Assembly (NCBI GenBank): GCA_048938295.1
Contig: JBHLMI010000007.1
Location: forward strand, 1-32,000
Length of the DNA: 32,000 nt
Direction of reading: 5' to 3'
DNA from: Promethearchaeota archaeon
GTDB taxonomy: Archaea; Asgardarchaeota; Hermodarchaeia; Hermodarchaeales; Hermodarchaeaceae
The notes beneath the pieces were generated by a model. That model saw only the letters and a list, made by a program, of their open reading frames with translations, made no database searches and was not told the DNA's origin. The position numbers and the translations under genes are program-made. This document shows positions 15,999 through 24,749 of this stretch, piece after piece (within the stretch, counting starts at the first letter, position 1; the number at the start of each line of letters is the position of its first letter).

Positions 15999-17942
15999 AT
16001 GAGAATCAAAAAAAGGAAGCCATATCTAGGTCCGCTACTGCTTGCTTGGTGTGTCACTTGTAATGTGCCTTTGATTCGAAAAGGTCGGTGTGCCAGATGT
16101 GGAGAAATGGGTCAACCAGTTCCCGTTACACCGCCAGGTGATGCGCGTCCAGCTTTTGCTGCAGATCGAGAGACCATAATAGATACCATTTCAAGTCAAT
16201 TTGATCGAAGTGTAGCTCAACAGTTAATTCCTGAAGACAAAGTTGTCCTATTAAATGCAATCCCCGATGTTGATTGCGCAGAGGAAATCATAATTGATGG
16301 ACAAATAATCGGGCTACATCGTTTTCGAATTGAAAACTTGTCTTGGGAGTTCATTCCGAAAATCGAAGGCGCGAGGCGCCTTGTTCAGCTTACTGAGGCA
16401 AAACAGGTGGTCATAGAGGATTCGGCGGTTCCGTTTATTCTCAAGGGCGCTAGTTTACTACGACCTGGTATCAAAGCTGCCGATGATTCAATTCAGCCAG
16501 GGGAATACGTTATCGGAGTAACAGAACAGGGAAGTGCGATTCTTGTTGGTATCGCCATGATGTCGGGACCTGAAATGAAGACGAAGGAACGAGGAATGGC
16601 GGTTAAGAAACAATACAAAGCAGCTCCCATTGAACCCACAGTCCTCCTAGGAGGTCAAACATGGGAAACGGCATTAGCTGCAAATAAGAACTTTCTCCAC
16701 AAACTTGAAACTGAAGCGACCTCATTTATCACACAGACTTCACGCCAATTCAAACTTCCTGTGGTAGTAGCGTATTCGGGTGGGAAGGATAGTCTAGCGG
16801 TCCTCCTACTTGCACAAAAAGCCCTCACAACTCAAACATACAACGTTATGTTCATCAACACCGGAATCGAGTTTCCCGAAACCGTTGATAACGTGTACGC
16901 AGTAACAGCGCAGCTAGGATTGGAAAATCAGCTTCTAGTCAAGAACGTTGATAAAAACCAGTTTTTCCATGTACTTGACCTCTACGGATTTGTAGCAAGA
17001 GATTATCGAGTCTGCTGCAAATCGGTTAAACTGGGACCCACTAGTCAGCTCATTGAAACCCATTTTCCTGAGGGCTGTCTCAGCTTGATAGGACAGCGAC
17101 GATATGAGTCCCACCGAAGATCAGCTAGTGGTCGAGTGTGGCAAAATCCTTGGGTACCGAAGCAGATTGGGGCAAGCCCGATTCACAACTGGACCCAACT
17201 AATGATTTGGCTCTATCTCTTCCAAGAAAAAGCCCCATACAATCCGCTCTACGAAAAAGGCTTCGAAAGGATTGGATGCATGTTTTGCCCCGCATCAAAT
17301 GTGAGCGAATTAGAAATCATTGCGAAGATGTGTCCTTCAGAATGGCAACGTTGGTCAGTTGCAGCAGAGAAACTGGTACAAAAACACGGATTGAGTGATA
17401 AGTGGTTGAAACATGGATTCTGGCGGTGGAAAAACCCACCTCCGAAAATTCGAGATTTGGCCCAAAGGATGAAGATTCAATTACCAATTGCTAATCAGGA
17501 TCAGCAGAAGAAAGGATTGACTTACGACTTTTCATTTGTAACCGAACCGACATCGGAGGAACCGATGGTCAGGGGTCAATTTAGTCAGGCGCCTGATATA
17601 ATTTCAGCAGCGGCTTTTCTCCCAGCCTTGGGGGATGTCGTTGTTGATTTAGAGAGAAATATCCTTGAAGTAACCTTTCAGCTCAAAGGTAAGTCAGTGA
17701 ATGGCACGCTCTACGAAAGTGGATTGTTCACACTTTCAGGTTCTGTGAATGAAGAAACAGTCGAATGCTTTGTCAAAGCAGTCCTTCGAGGTTTGTTGTG
17801 TACTGCGTGTGGAACTTGCCAATCACTTTGCGAGAATAACGCGATATCTCTTGAGTCAGGACAAGCGCGGGTCGACGAAAAGGAGTGCGTTCAATGTGGA
17901 AAATGTCTCCGTGGAAAATGCCCCACGTTGTATGCCCTCTAA
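15999..17942 (+). CDS. Zn-ribbon + PUA + PAPS/APS-reductase-like PP-loop + C-terminal 4Fe-4S fusion protein
   Basis: WCVTC...CARC, PUA-like segment (GASLLRPGI), YSGGKDS, CC, RIGCMFCP, and CTACGTCQSLC...CVQCGKCLRGKCP. Start moved to ATG 15999 to avoid overlap with the PRC gene. Confidence 0.85.
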   Translation: MRIKKRKPYLGPLLLAWCVTCNVPLIRKGRCARCGEMGQPVPVTPPGDARPAFAADRETIIDTISSQFDRSVAQQLIPEDKVVLLNAIPDVDCAEEIIIDGQIIGLHRFRIENLSWEFIPKIEGARRLVQLTEAKQVVIEDSAVPFILKGASLLRPGIKAADDSIQPGEYVIGVTEQGSAILVGIAMMSGPEMKTKERGMAVKKQYKAAPIEPTVLLGGQTWETALAANKNFLHKLETEATSFITQTSRQFKLPVVVAYSGGKDSLAVLLLAQKALTTQTYNVMFINTGIEFPETVDNVYAVTAQLGLENQLLVKNVDKNQFFHVLDLYGFVARDYRVCCKSVKLGPTSQLIETHFPEGCLSLIGQRRYESHRRSASGRVWQNPWVPKQIGASPIHNWTQLMIWLYLFQEKAPYNPLYEKGFERIGCMFCPASNVSELEIIAKMCPSEWQRWSVAAEKLVQKHGLSDKWLKHGFWRWKNPPPKIRDLAQRMKIQLPIANQDQQKKGLTYDFSFVTEPTSEEPMVRGQFSQAPDIISAAAFLPALGDVVVDLERNILEVTFQLKGKSVNGTLYESGLFTLSGSVNEETVECFVKAVLRGLLCTACGTCQSLCENNAISLESGQARVDEKECVQCGKCLRGKCPTLYAL

Positions 17943-17998
17943 AACATGCCAACTTATTTCGTTAAACTGCAAAGGCGGCGTTTAGGACCGAATTAAAC

Positions 17999-18007
17999 CT
18001 TTTTTTT
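17999..18007 (+). terminator. Possible archaeal oligo-T terminator
   Basis: Run of 8 T about 60 nt after the stop of the PUA/PAPS gene. Confidence 0.3.
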
Positions 18008-18042
18008 CCAACTGGATTTCCGAAAAACCATTAACCTTATCT

Positions 18043-19953
18043 ATGATTCCCAATGACCTGCACATAATGAGTAAGGCTGTAAAGAGCACAATCTCCCTTT
18101 ACAAACAGCTCTTCAAGTTACCAAGTAATCGGACCATTGTTTTCTTAGTGGTTGTCGCAGCCTTCTTCATAGGCGGAATTACCGAGATATTGCGTAACGT
18201 CGGATACCCACCCAGTCTTCAGATTTTTCTAATTGGAGCTCTTCGAGGCCTCTTAATCACCCTTCCGGCCGCGGCGATTGCTTTTCTGTTTTTATGGCTG
18301 GCGATTCGAAATAAAGGATTCTTAAATCTGCACAGACTCCTGGGTGCTGTTGCCTCTGGCATCGGCATACTCTTGGCAAGCTGGCTGTTCTCAACACTTG
18401 TGGGATGGGGAATTGAATTATACTTTAAATTTAATTTCGGACCCTTGGCAGGAGGTGGCATCGCCACCATGTTTTATCTTCGCAATCTCATTCTCGCAGC
18501 GGCATTTGCCTCCGCAATAATGCTTCTGATTGTATTAAGCGCCAGTGATGTCGGAGTGAGTAAAGGAGTCTTTCTAGCCCTGATATTTCCTACGTTAGTT
18601 ATTGTCCTTTACATACTCACTGAAGCAGCTCTGTGGGCGAATTGGCTTATTTTTGTGGTTATTTACCTTCTCTGTGCTCTAACGTTTGTCACTGCCTCTG
18701 GAATTTTGCTTTCGTTGGTTGGACGTCCCCTAAGGAAAGTGTTCAACATCGATGGAATCCAGCTGTTCCGTGGTTTCTTGGAAGTCTGGATGGCTGACAA
18801 GGCGGACCGTATGGAAGACTGCTTAACCCAAATCGGACAAGAGATGACCCTGCCACTTTCGATTATGACATTCACAGCGGATGACGAAAAGCCACGCTTG
18901 GTGTATGTGGTAGCGGCGATTCATCCTGGACCCTTCCGACGCACAGGAAGCAGCGCATTACCAAGCTACATCGCTGAATGGGGAGAACAGCAGTTAGACA
19001 CGTTCGCAACGGCCCCCCATGGCACAGCAACGCATGATCTTAATCTAGTTTCCAATGATCAGGTAAAACGCTTTATCAAAATGGTTGACATAGCCTATAG
19101 ACAAACTGAACCTGTTGAGGGAGTATCCCAGTTTGCTCGAGCCAGCTCCGGCACCATTCAAGTAGGTTGCCAAATCTTTGGCGATACCGCATACCTCGTG
19201 ATTACCCGTTCACCTCATGAAATGGATGACATTAGCATTCGTGTAGCCAAGCAGATTTCTGCTGAAGTGAACAAACTTGTGAAGCGTTCCATCATTGTAG
19301 ATACGCATAATTGCATGACTGCATTAAAGGAATCCGTGTATCCTGATTCCGAATTAGTGCCCGATATGATTCAGGCAGCAGTTGAAGCTACCCGCAAAGC
19401 GCTCAAGACCACAAGGGATCAGCCAAGCATTGGAGTAGCACATCGAAAACAGACAGGCTATTCCGATGTACAAGGGATGGGCCCCGAAGGCATTAACGTC
19501 CTGGTCGTTGAGGTTGCAGAACAAAAAACCGCCTATGTCCTTATAGATGGGAATAACATGGTTGTTGGATTACGTGAAAAACTGATACAGACTTTAGTTC
19601 CTGATCTTGTGGACGGAGCAGAAATATTGACGACCGACACACATGAAACGTCGGCGATTTCATCTCATAACGGTTACAGTCCAATCGGTGAAGCTATCTC
19701 ACATGATAATCTTAACATATTAATTGCAGAACTTGTGAACGAAGCCATCAAGGATCTCAAACCAGCCCAAGTCAGCATTTACCAAGGTGAGACCAGTCCA
19801 TTGGTGGTAATGGGCGAAGGCACTGCCGACAAGTTGACTAGTTTGATCCCAGTCTCCGCTAGTGTAGCAAAACGTGTCGGAATCACCGTTTATACCGTTG
19901 CCTTCATTATATCCCTCATTTTACTTCTCTTCATCCTGCCAACCGCTCTCTGA
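18043..19953 (+). CDS. DUF2070 family membrane protein
   Basis: N-terminal TM bundle, then IHPGPF...GSS, HGTATHDLN, VDTHN, DGNNM and TTDTH; C-terminal TM helix. Confidence 0.85.
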   Translation: MIPNDLHIMSKAVKSTISLYKQLFKLPSNRTIVFLVVVAAFFIGGITEILRNVGYPPSLQIFLIGALRGLLITLPAAAIAFLFLWLAIRNKGFLNLHRLLGAVASGIGILLASWLFSTLVGWGIELYFKFNFGPLAGGGIATMFYLRNLILAAAFASAIMLLIVLSASDVGVSKGVFLALIFPTLVIVLYILTEAALWANWLIFVVIYLLCALTFVTASGILLSLVGRPLRKVFNIDGIQLFRGFLEVWMADKADRMEDCLTQIGQEMTLPLSIMTFTADDEKPRLVYVVAAIHPGPFRRTGSSALPSYIAEWGEQQLDTFATAPHGTATHDLNLVSNDQVKRFIKMVDIAYRQTEPVEGVSQFARASSGTIQVGCQIFGDTAYLVITRSPHEMDDISIRVAKQISAEVNKLVKRSIIVDTHNCMTALKESVYPDSELVPDMIQAAVEATRKALKTTRDQPSIGVAHRKQTGYSDVQGMGPEGINVLVVEVAEQKTAYVLIDGNNMVVGLREKLIQTLVPDLVDGAEILTTDTHETSAISSHNGYSPIGEAISHDNLNILIAELVNEAIKDLKPAQVSIYQGETSPLVVMGEGTADKLTSLIPVSASVAKRVGITVYTVAFIISLILLLFILPTAL

Positions 19954-20012
19954 AGTTAGCTGTTCATAACCCTTTTTAGCTGCGTGTTATTCTGTAACGA
20001 TATCAAATCTGG

Positions 20013-20597
20013 GTGGATTTAACATTGAATCTCTTTGAGATACGCTTTCATGGCCGCGGCGGTCAAGGCGCAGTAACAGGCGCAAAAATTCTCGGTGACG
20101 CCACACGCCTAGAGAACAAGCACTTCCAAGCCTTCGCGCATTATGGCGCCGAACGGAGAGGAGCCCCCGTCATGGCATTCACACGAGTGGCCGATGAACC
20201 CATCCGCATCCATAGCTACATCTATGAACCGGAAGCAATCGTGGTACTCGATGAAACATTACTGGACAACCCCACTGTGCAAAACGGAATCAAAGAAGGC
20301 ACCTTCGTAATCGTCAATTCACCACATAAACCAGGAGATATCAAACTGAAAGTAAAAACGAAGATCTCAACCGTCGATGCCACAAAAATCTCCTTAGAAG
20401 AAGGAATTCTAGTTGCTGGTATTGCTGTCGTAAACACCATTATGTTAGGTGCAGTAGCCCGGGCTACTGGAATAGTTTCCATGGAAAGCGTAAAGAAGGC
20501 TATTCGTAAGGGTCTTGCAGGCCTCCCCGACAAATTGATTGAAACAAACGTTGAAGCCGCCCAACGCGCATACGATGAACTGCAAATGGAGAATTAA
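20013..20597 (+). CDS. porG: Pyruvate/2-oxoacid:ferredoxin oxidoreductase gamma subunit
   Basis: EIRFHGRGGQGAVT, YGAERRGAPV and NTIMLGA. Confidence 0.95.
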   Translation: MDLTLNLFEIRFHGRGGQGAVTGAKILGDATRLENKHFQAFAHYGAERRGAPVMAFTRVADEPIRIHSYIYEPEAIVVLDETLLDNPTVQNGIKEGTFVIVNSPHKPGDIKLKVKTKISTVDATKISLEEGILVAGIAVVNTIMLGAVARATGIVSMESVKKAIRKGLAGLPDKLIETNVEAAQRAYDELQMEN

Positions 20598-20599
20598 GC

Positions 20600-20899
20600 A
20601 TGAGCCCCATGAAACGAGATTCACCTGAACACCGAATCAGCTGTATCACCTACCCTGAACCCGGGGCTATGGGCCGTACAGGAGATTGGCGTATCTTTCG
20701 TCCAGTCGTCGATAACAACAAATGCACTGGGTGCCAAACCTGCTGGATGTATTGCCCCGATGCAGCTATTACAATGGACAAAAACAACAAGCCCTTAATC
20801 AACCTGGAATATTGTAAAGGATGCATGCTTTGTGAAGCCGTGTGCCCCGTTAAAGCAATCACACGTGTGCGTGAAACTGAAGCCAAAGACACAAAGTGA
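20600..20899 (+). CDS. porD: Pyruvate/2-oxoacid:ferredoxin oxidoreductase delta subunit, 2x4Fe-4S
   Basis: TGDWR..RPV, CTGCQTCWMYCP and YCKGCMLCEAVCP. Confidence 0.95.
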   Translation: MSPMKRDSPEHRISCITYPEPGAMGRTGDWRIFRPVVDNNKCTGCQTCWMYCPDAAITMDKNNKPLINLEYCKGCMLCEAVCPVKAITRVRETEAKDTK

Positions 20900-22089
20900 G
20901 GAAAAAGCCATTGCCACAGAATATCTCCGTCACGGGAAACCATGCGGCTGCGTGGGCAGCACGTACTGCAGAACCGGCAGTGATTGCGGCCTATCCCATC
21001 ACGCCACAGACTACCATCGTAGAAAAGATCGCTGAATTTGTTGAATCTGGTAAACTCAACTCCGAATACGTCCGCGTTGAATCCGAACATAGTGCAATGG
21101 CTGCCTGCATCGGCGCCTCCGCACTAGGACTTCGAACCTTCACCGCCACCGCATCACATGGACTCGCCTTAATGCATGAAATGCTCCACTGGGCTGGACG
21201 TGCACGCCTTCCCGTTGTCATGCCCGTGGTCAACCGCGCCTTAGGACCCCCTTGGAATATTTGGACCGACCACACCGACACCATGGCAACCCGTGATACT
21301 GGCTGGATCCAATTCTATGCCGCAAATAACCAGGAAGTCTATGATACGGTCCTCATGCTTTTCCGCCTCTGCGAAGACCCTAGAGTTCTCATCCCGGGCA
21401 TGGTAGCACTCGACGCCTTCATCTTAAGCCACACCTTCATGAACATCGAAGTCTATGAGCACGACGAAATTACCGACTTCCTCCCCAACTATGAAGCAGG
21501 ACACTGGAAACTAGACCCCAAAGATCCCATGGCCTCCGGCAACATCGCTGGTCCCGAATACTACTATGAGCTCAGCTACGCCATCCATGAAGGGTTTGAA
21601 GCCGCCCGAAAACTCATACCCAAAGTCGAAGCCGACTTCAAAAAACACTTCGGCCGCGAACACGGCGGCTTCATCGACACCTACCAATGCGACGATGCCG
21701 AAGTCATCCTTATCGCCATGGGCACCATGGGCGAAGAGGCACAACTCGCCGTAGAAGACCTGCGCACTGAAGGCATCAAAGCTGGATCCGCACGACTCCG
21801 CATCTTCCGTCCCTTTCCAGCCGAGCAACTTCAAGTTCTCGCCCGTAAAGCCAAAGCCCTCGTCGTCGTCGACCGCAGCCTCTCCTACGGTCACTTAGGC
21901 GCCGCGGCTACAGAAATCCAATCCGCCCTCAACCGTGGCAGAATCACAACGCCTGTGCAAGGCGCCATAGCAGGTCTAGGCGGTCGAGACGTCACCTTCA
22001 AAGACCTGGAACAGCTCTTCAACATCGGCTTCGAAGTCGCCGACAAAGGCGAAGCCAAACCCAACATCTTCTATGGACTCAAAAGGTGA
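20896..22089 (+). CDS. porA: Pyruvate/2-oxoacid:ferredoxin oxidoreductase alpha subunit
   Basis: GNHAAA, AYPITPQT, ESEHSAM, TATASHGL and GLGGRDV. Confidence 0.95.
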   Translation: MRKKPLPQNISVTGNHAAAWAARTAEPAVIAAYPITPQTTIVEKIAEFVESGKLNSEYVRVESEHSAMAACIGASALGLRTFTATASHGLALMHEMLHWAGRARLPVVMPVVNRALGPPWNIWTDHTDTMATRDTGWIQFYAANNQEVYDTVLMLFRLCEDPRVLIPGMVALDAFILSHTFMNIEVYEHDEITDFLPNYEAGHWKLDPKDPMASGNIAGPEYYYELSYAIHEGFEAARKLIPKVEADFKKHFGREHGGFIDTYQCDDAEVILIAMGTMGEEAQLAVEDLRTEGIKAGSARLRIFRPFPAEQLQVLARKAKALVVVDRSLSYGHLGAAATEIQSALNRGRITTPVQGAIAGLGGRDVTFKDLEQLFNIGFEVADKGEAKPNIFYGLKR

Positions 22090-22095
22090 AAAGAA

Positions 22096-23004
22096 ATGGT
22101 TGCAATCAAAGATATGCCCCGAGAAGAATTCATTGAACTTGGTCACGCCGCCTGTGCTGGCTGTGGCGCCACCATCGCCATCCGCCACGCCCTCAAAGCC
22201 CTAGGCGCTAACACGATTCTAACTGTGCCAGCCTGCTGCATGTCCGTCATCGAAGGCCTCTACCCCAAAAATGCCCTCAACCTACCTGTTCTCAACACCG
22301 CCTTCATGACCGCCGGCGCTGCGGCATCAGGAATCGCCGCCGGTCTCAAATACATGAACAAAGCCGATGAAATCAATGTCATGGCCTGGGCCGGCGACGG
22401 CGGAACCTATGACATCGGCATCCAATCCCTCAGCGGCGCCGCCGAACGCCAAACTAACTTCATCTACACCTGCTACAACAACGAAAGCTATGGGAACACC
22501 GGGCAACAACGTTCTGGGGCTACACCTTATGGGGCGTATAGTACTACGACACCAATTAAGGGGAAGCAGGAGCACCGTAAACCCTTTGCGCGGATTATGG
22601 CGGAGCATGGAATTCCGTATACTGCATCGATTTCTGCAGCGTATCCGCGGTTGGTTTTCGATACTTATTCCAAAGCGAAGGATATGGTTGGGACACGTTT
22701 CATTGAGGTTCATGCGATGTGTCCAACCGGATGGCGGGTTGCCACATGGGATAGTGTCAGATTTGGAAAATTAGCTGTTGAAACTGGTGTGTGGATTATG
22801 TGGGAGAAAGAGGGTGAGGAATGGCGATTTCTTGGGCACAGTAAGCGGATTGCCGAGGGGAAGGTGGAGCGGAAGCCGTTGATGGACTATTTGAAACCGC
22901 AGGGTCGGTTCCGTACACTGGTGAAGTATCCTGAGCACGTAAAGGAATTTGAACGTGGTATCGATCATGAGTGGGAAATTTTGAAGAAGCGTGTGGGCTG
23001 TTAG
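22096..23004 (+). CDS. porB: Pyruvate/2-oxoacid:ferredoxin oxidoreductase beta subunit (TPP-binding)
   Basis: GHAACAGCG, GDGG...NN TPP motif, YGNTGQQRSGATP and CPTGW. Substrate specificity (Por vs Vor) cannot be fixed from sequence alone. Confidence 0.95.
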   Translation: MVAIKDMPREEFIELGHAACAGCGATIAIRHALKALGANTILTVPACCMSVIEGLYPKNALNLPVLNTAFMTAGAAASGIAAGLKYMNKADEINVMAWAGDGGTYDIGIQSLSGAAERQTNFIYTCYNNESYGNTGQQRSGATPYGAYSTTTPIKGKQEHRKPFARIMAEHGIPYTASISAAYPRLVFDTYSKAKDMVGTRFIEVHAMCPTGWRVATWDSVRFGKLAVETGVWIMWEKEGEEWRFLGHSKRIAEGKVERKPLMDYLKPQGRFRTLVKYPEHVKEFERGIDHEWEILKKRVGC

Positions 23005-23032
23005 ATACTAACCATATATGGTGTTATGAAAG

Positions 23033-23407
23033 GTGACGATAGAGTTTGTAGAAGAATCAGTAGAGGTTGGAGACCTACGTATTGCAGTAGCGATTTGTAG
23101 TTTAGCAAATGGATCGTTAGTATTGGTTAGTGATGGGGAGCAGCGGTTCGGGACAATAGCAGTGGGGGTGCCAAGTCCATTTAGCGACGTGTCACCAGTA
23201 GCGACATCCTGTGTAGTGGGAACGCGGTTTCAAGCAGAGACGCGAGCGATTGCGGATATAGCTGCACAAAAGCTGGGTGGGATTGTCGTAGTGAATTTAT
23301 TCTTATCACGTGAGCATGAGGGAGAGGTGGGTGCAGTGTTGTCAGCCGTGCGATCGGTACTGTTGGAGATGGAGTCGCGTACAAGCGATTCGCCACAGGT
23401 AGGCTAG
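23033..23407 (+). CDS. Probable proteasome assembly chaperone 4 (PAC4)-like protein
   Basis: 124 aa; beta strands, GTIAVGVP, then a helix (RAIADIAAQKLG) and IVVVNL, resembling the PAC4 fold. Recognition by eye only. Confidence 0.5.
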   Translation: MTIEFVEESVEVGDLRIAVAICSLANGSLVLVSDGEQRFGTIAVGVPSPFSDVSPVATSCVVGTRFQAETRAIADIAAQKLGGIVVVNLFLSREHEGEVGAVLSAVRSVLLEMESRTSDSPQVG

Positions 23408-23477
23408 TTCGGAGTGGTTATAAGTTAGAGGTTTCCCTGTTTGTAGTAGAATACGAGAATGCTTGGAGGTTGTTTAG

Positions 23478-24740
23478 GTGGTTCAAGAGCGCTGGGGTTT
23501 CATTAAAGACCCATTATATGGATACGTGGCGTTTACACCCTTGGAAAAGACTGTGATTGATACCCGGGTGGTGCAACGGTTGCGTCGATTACGACAGTTA
23601 GCTGGTGCAGAGTTTGTTTATCCTGGGGCGAATCATACCCGGTTTGAACACAGTGTGGGGGCAATGCATCTAGCCGGCATCATGGCTGAAAACATTACGG
23701 AGGATAATATGGAAGTTCAAATGTTGCGGTTGGCGGGCCTGTTGCATGACATCGGCCATGGACCATTTAGTCACATTTTCGAAGAAGTCCTAGCGAAACG
23801 AGAGCAAAATCATGAAGATATTACAACCTGGCTTGTGAATAATACTGAGCTAGCTGATATCTTAAGAGATGGTGGAGTAGATCCGATAACTCTGAGTCAG
23901 CTCGCTGTGGGAAAATGGGAGAAAAGTGGACGATTATATCTCAATCAGGTTATTCGCAGCTCAGTTGATGTTGATAAGTTAGACTATATTGTGCGTGATT
24001 CGTTTCACACTGGGGCTGAGTATGGTAGTGTCGATGTATTTCGACTGATTTATACTACCGAGCCGTTTCAAGGTAATTTAGCGGTGAATACAACGGCTTT
24101 ATCGACTCTGGAAGCCTTTCTGATTGCCCGGGTGCTTAGTTTCCGCAGTATCTATTATCATAGGGTGTGCCGAGGAGTCCAACGGATGTTAACTAATGCT
24201 TTAAAGTTGGCTGATGAAGAATTGGGATTTTCGTCTTTTAGTACTCCAGAGGAATACTTGTCAATGGATGATTACGTAATCTGGGCAAATCTTAGGAAGT
24301 GCAAGGCGTCCCGTCCCATCATGGAACGCCTCGAGCGACGGGAACTGCTAAAATGTGCATACACTGTCGAATCCATCGTACAAGATCATCCGACGGTCGA
24401 CTTGTTAGATAAAGAGAGCGTGCGAACGCAAATTGAACAAGAAATCGCAAAAAAGGCAAAAGTGCCTATAGAAGAAGTTCACTTGGATTCTCCGCTACTC
24501 CCATCAGTTCCGTATCGTCATTCGTCTCAGCTAGATCCGATGAAGATTCCTGGGTTCGCCTATGTTGGCAAGAAGAAGATTGCCGTCGATCTCGTTGAAC
24601 TTTCTCGTGTAATCTCGTCACTGAAAGGTTATCTTGATATTATCCGTGTTTATACAACCTCGGCTTTCCGTAAACGCGTCGGAAAAGCAGCACAGGAAAT
24701 CTTGGGTGGTACTCCTTACGTTTCGGGTATTTCGATGTAA
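23478..24740 (+). CDS. HD-domain phosphohydrolase (SAMHD1/COG1078-like)
   Basis: IKDPLYG, QRLRRLRQL, NHTRFEHSVG, LLHDIGHGPFSH and DVDKLDYIVRD; GGAGG SD upstream. Confidence 0.93.
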   Translation: MVQERWGFIKDPLYGYVAFTPLEKTVIDTRVVQRLRRLRQLAGAEFVYPGANHTRFEHSVGAMHLAGIMAENITEDNMEVQMLRLAGLLHDIGHGPFSHIFEEVLAKREQNHEDITTWLVNNTELADILRDGGVDPITLSQLAVGKWEKSGRLYLNQVIRSSVDVDKLDYIVRDSFHTGAEYGSVDVFRLIYTTEPFQGNLAVNTTALSTLEAFLIARVLSFRSIYYHRVCRGVQRMLTNALKLADEELGFSSFSTPEEYLSMDDYVIWANLRKCKASRPIMERLERRELLKCAYTVESIVQDHPTVDLLDKESVRTQIEQEIAKKAKVPIEEVHLDSPLLPSVPYRHSSQLDPMKIPGFAYVGKKKIAVDLVELSRVISSLKGYLDIIRVYTTSAFRKRVGKAAQEILGGTPYVSGISM

Positions 24741-24749
24741 AGAAACGTG

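Noticed and set aside
22440-22560. Canonical replication origin at the skew centre
   Set aside because: Lies inside conserved porB coding sequence; no ORB repeats, AT-rich unwinding element or cdc6/orc1 seen.
20650-22774. Several long antisense or alternative-frame ORFs in the por operon
   Set aside because: Expected by-products of the extreme C/A third-position bias, which removes stops; low-complexity translations.
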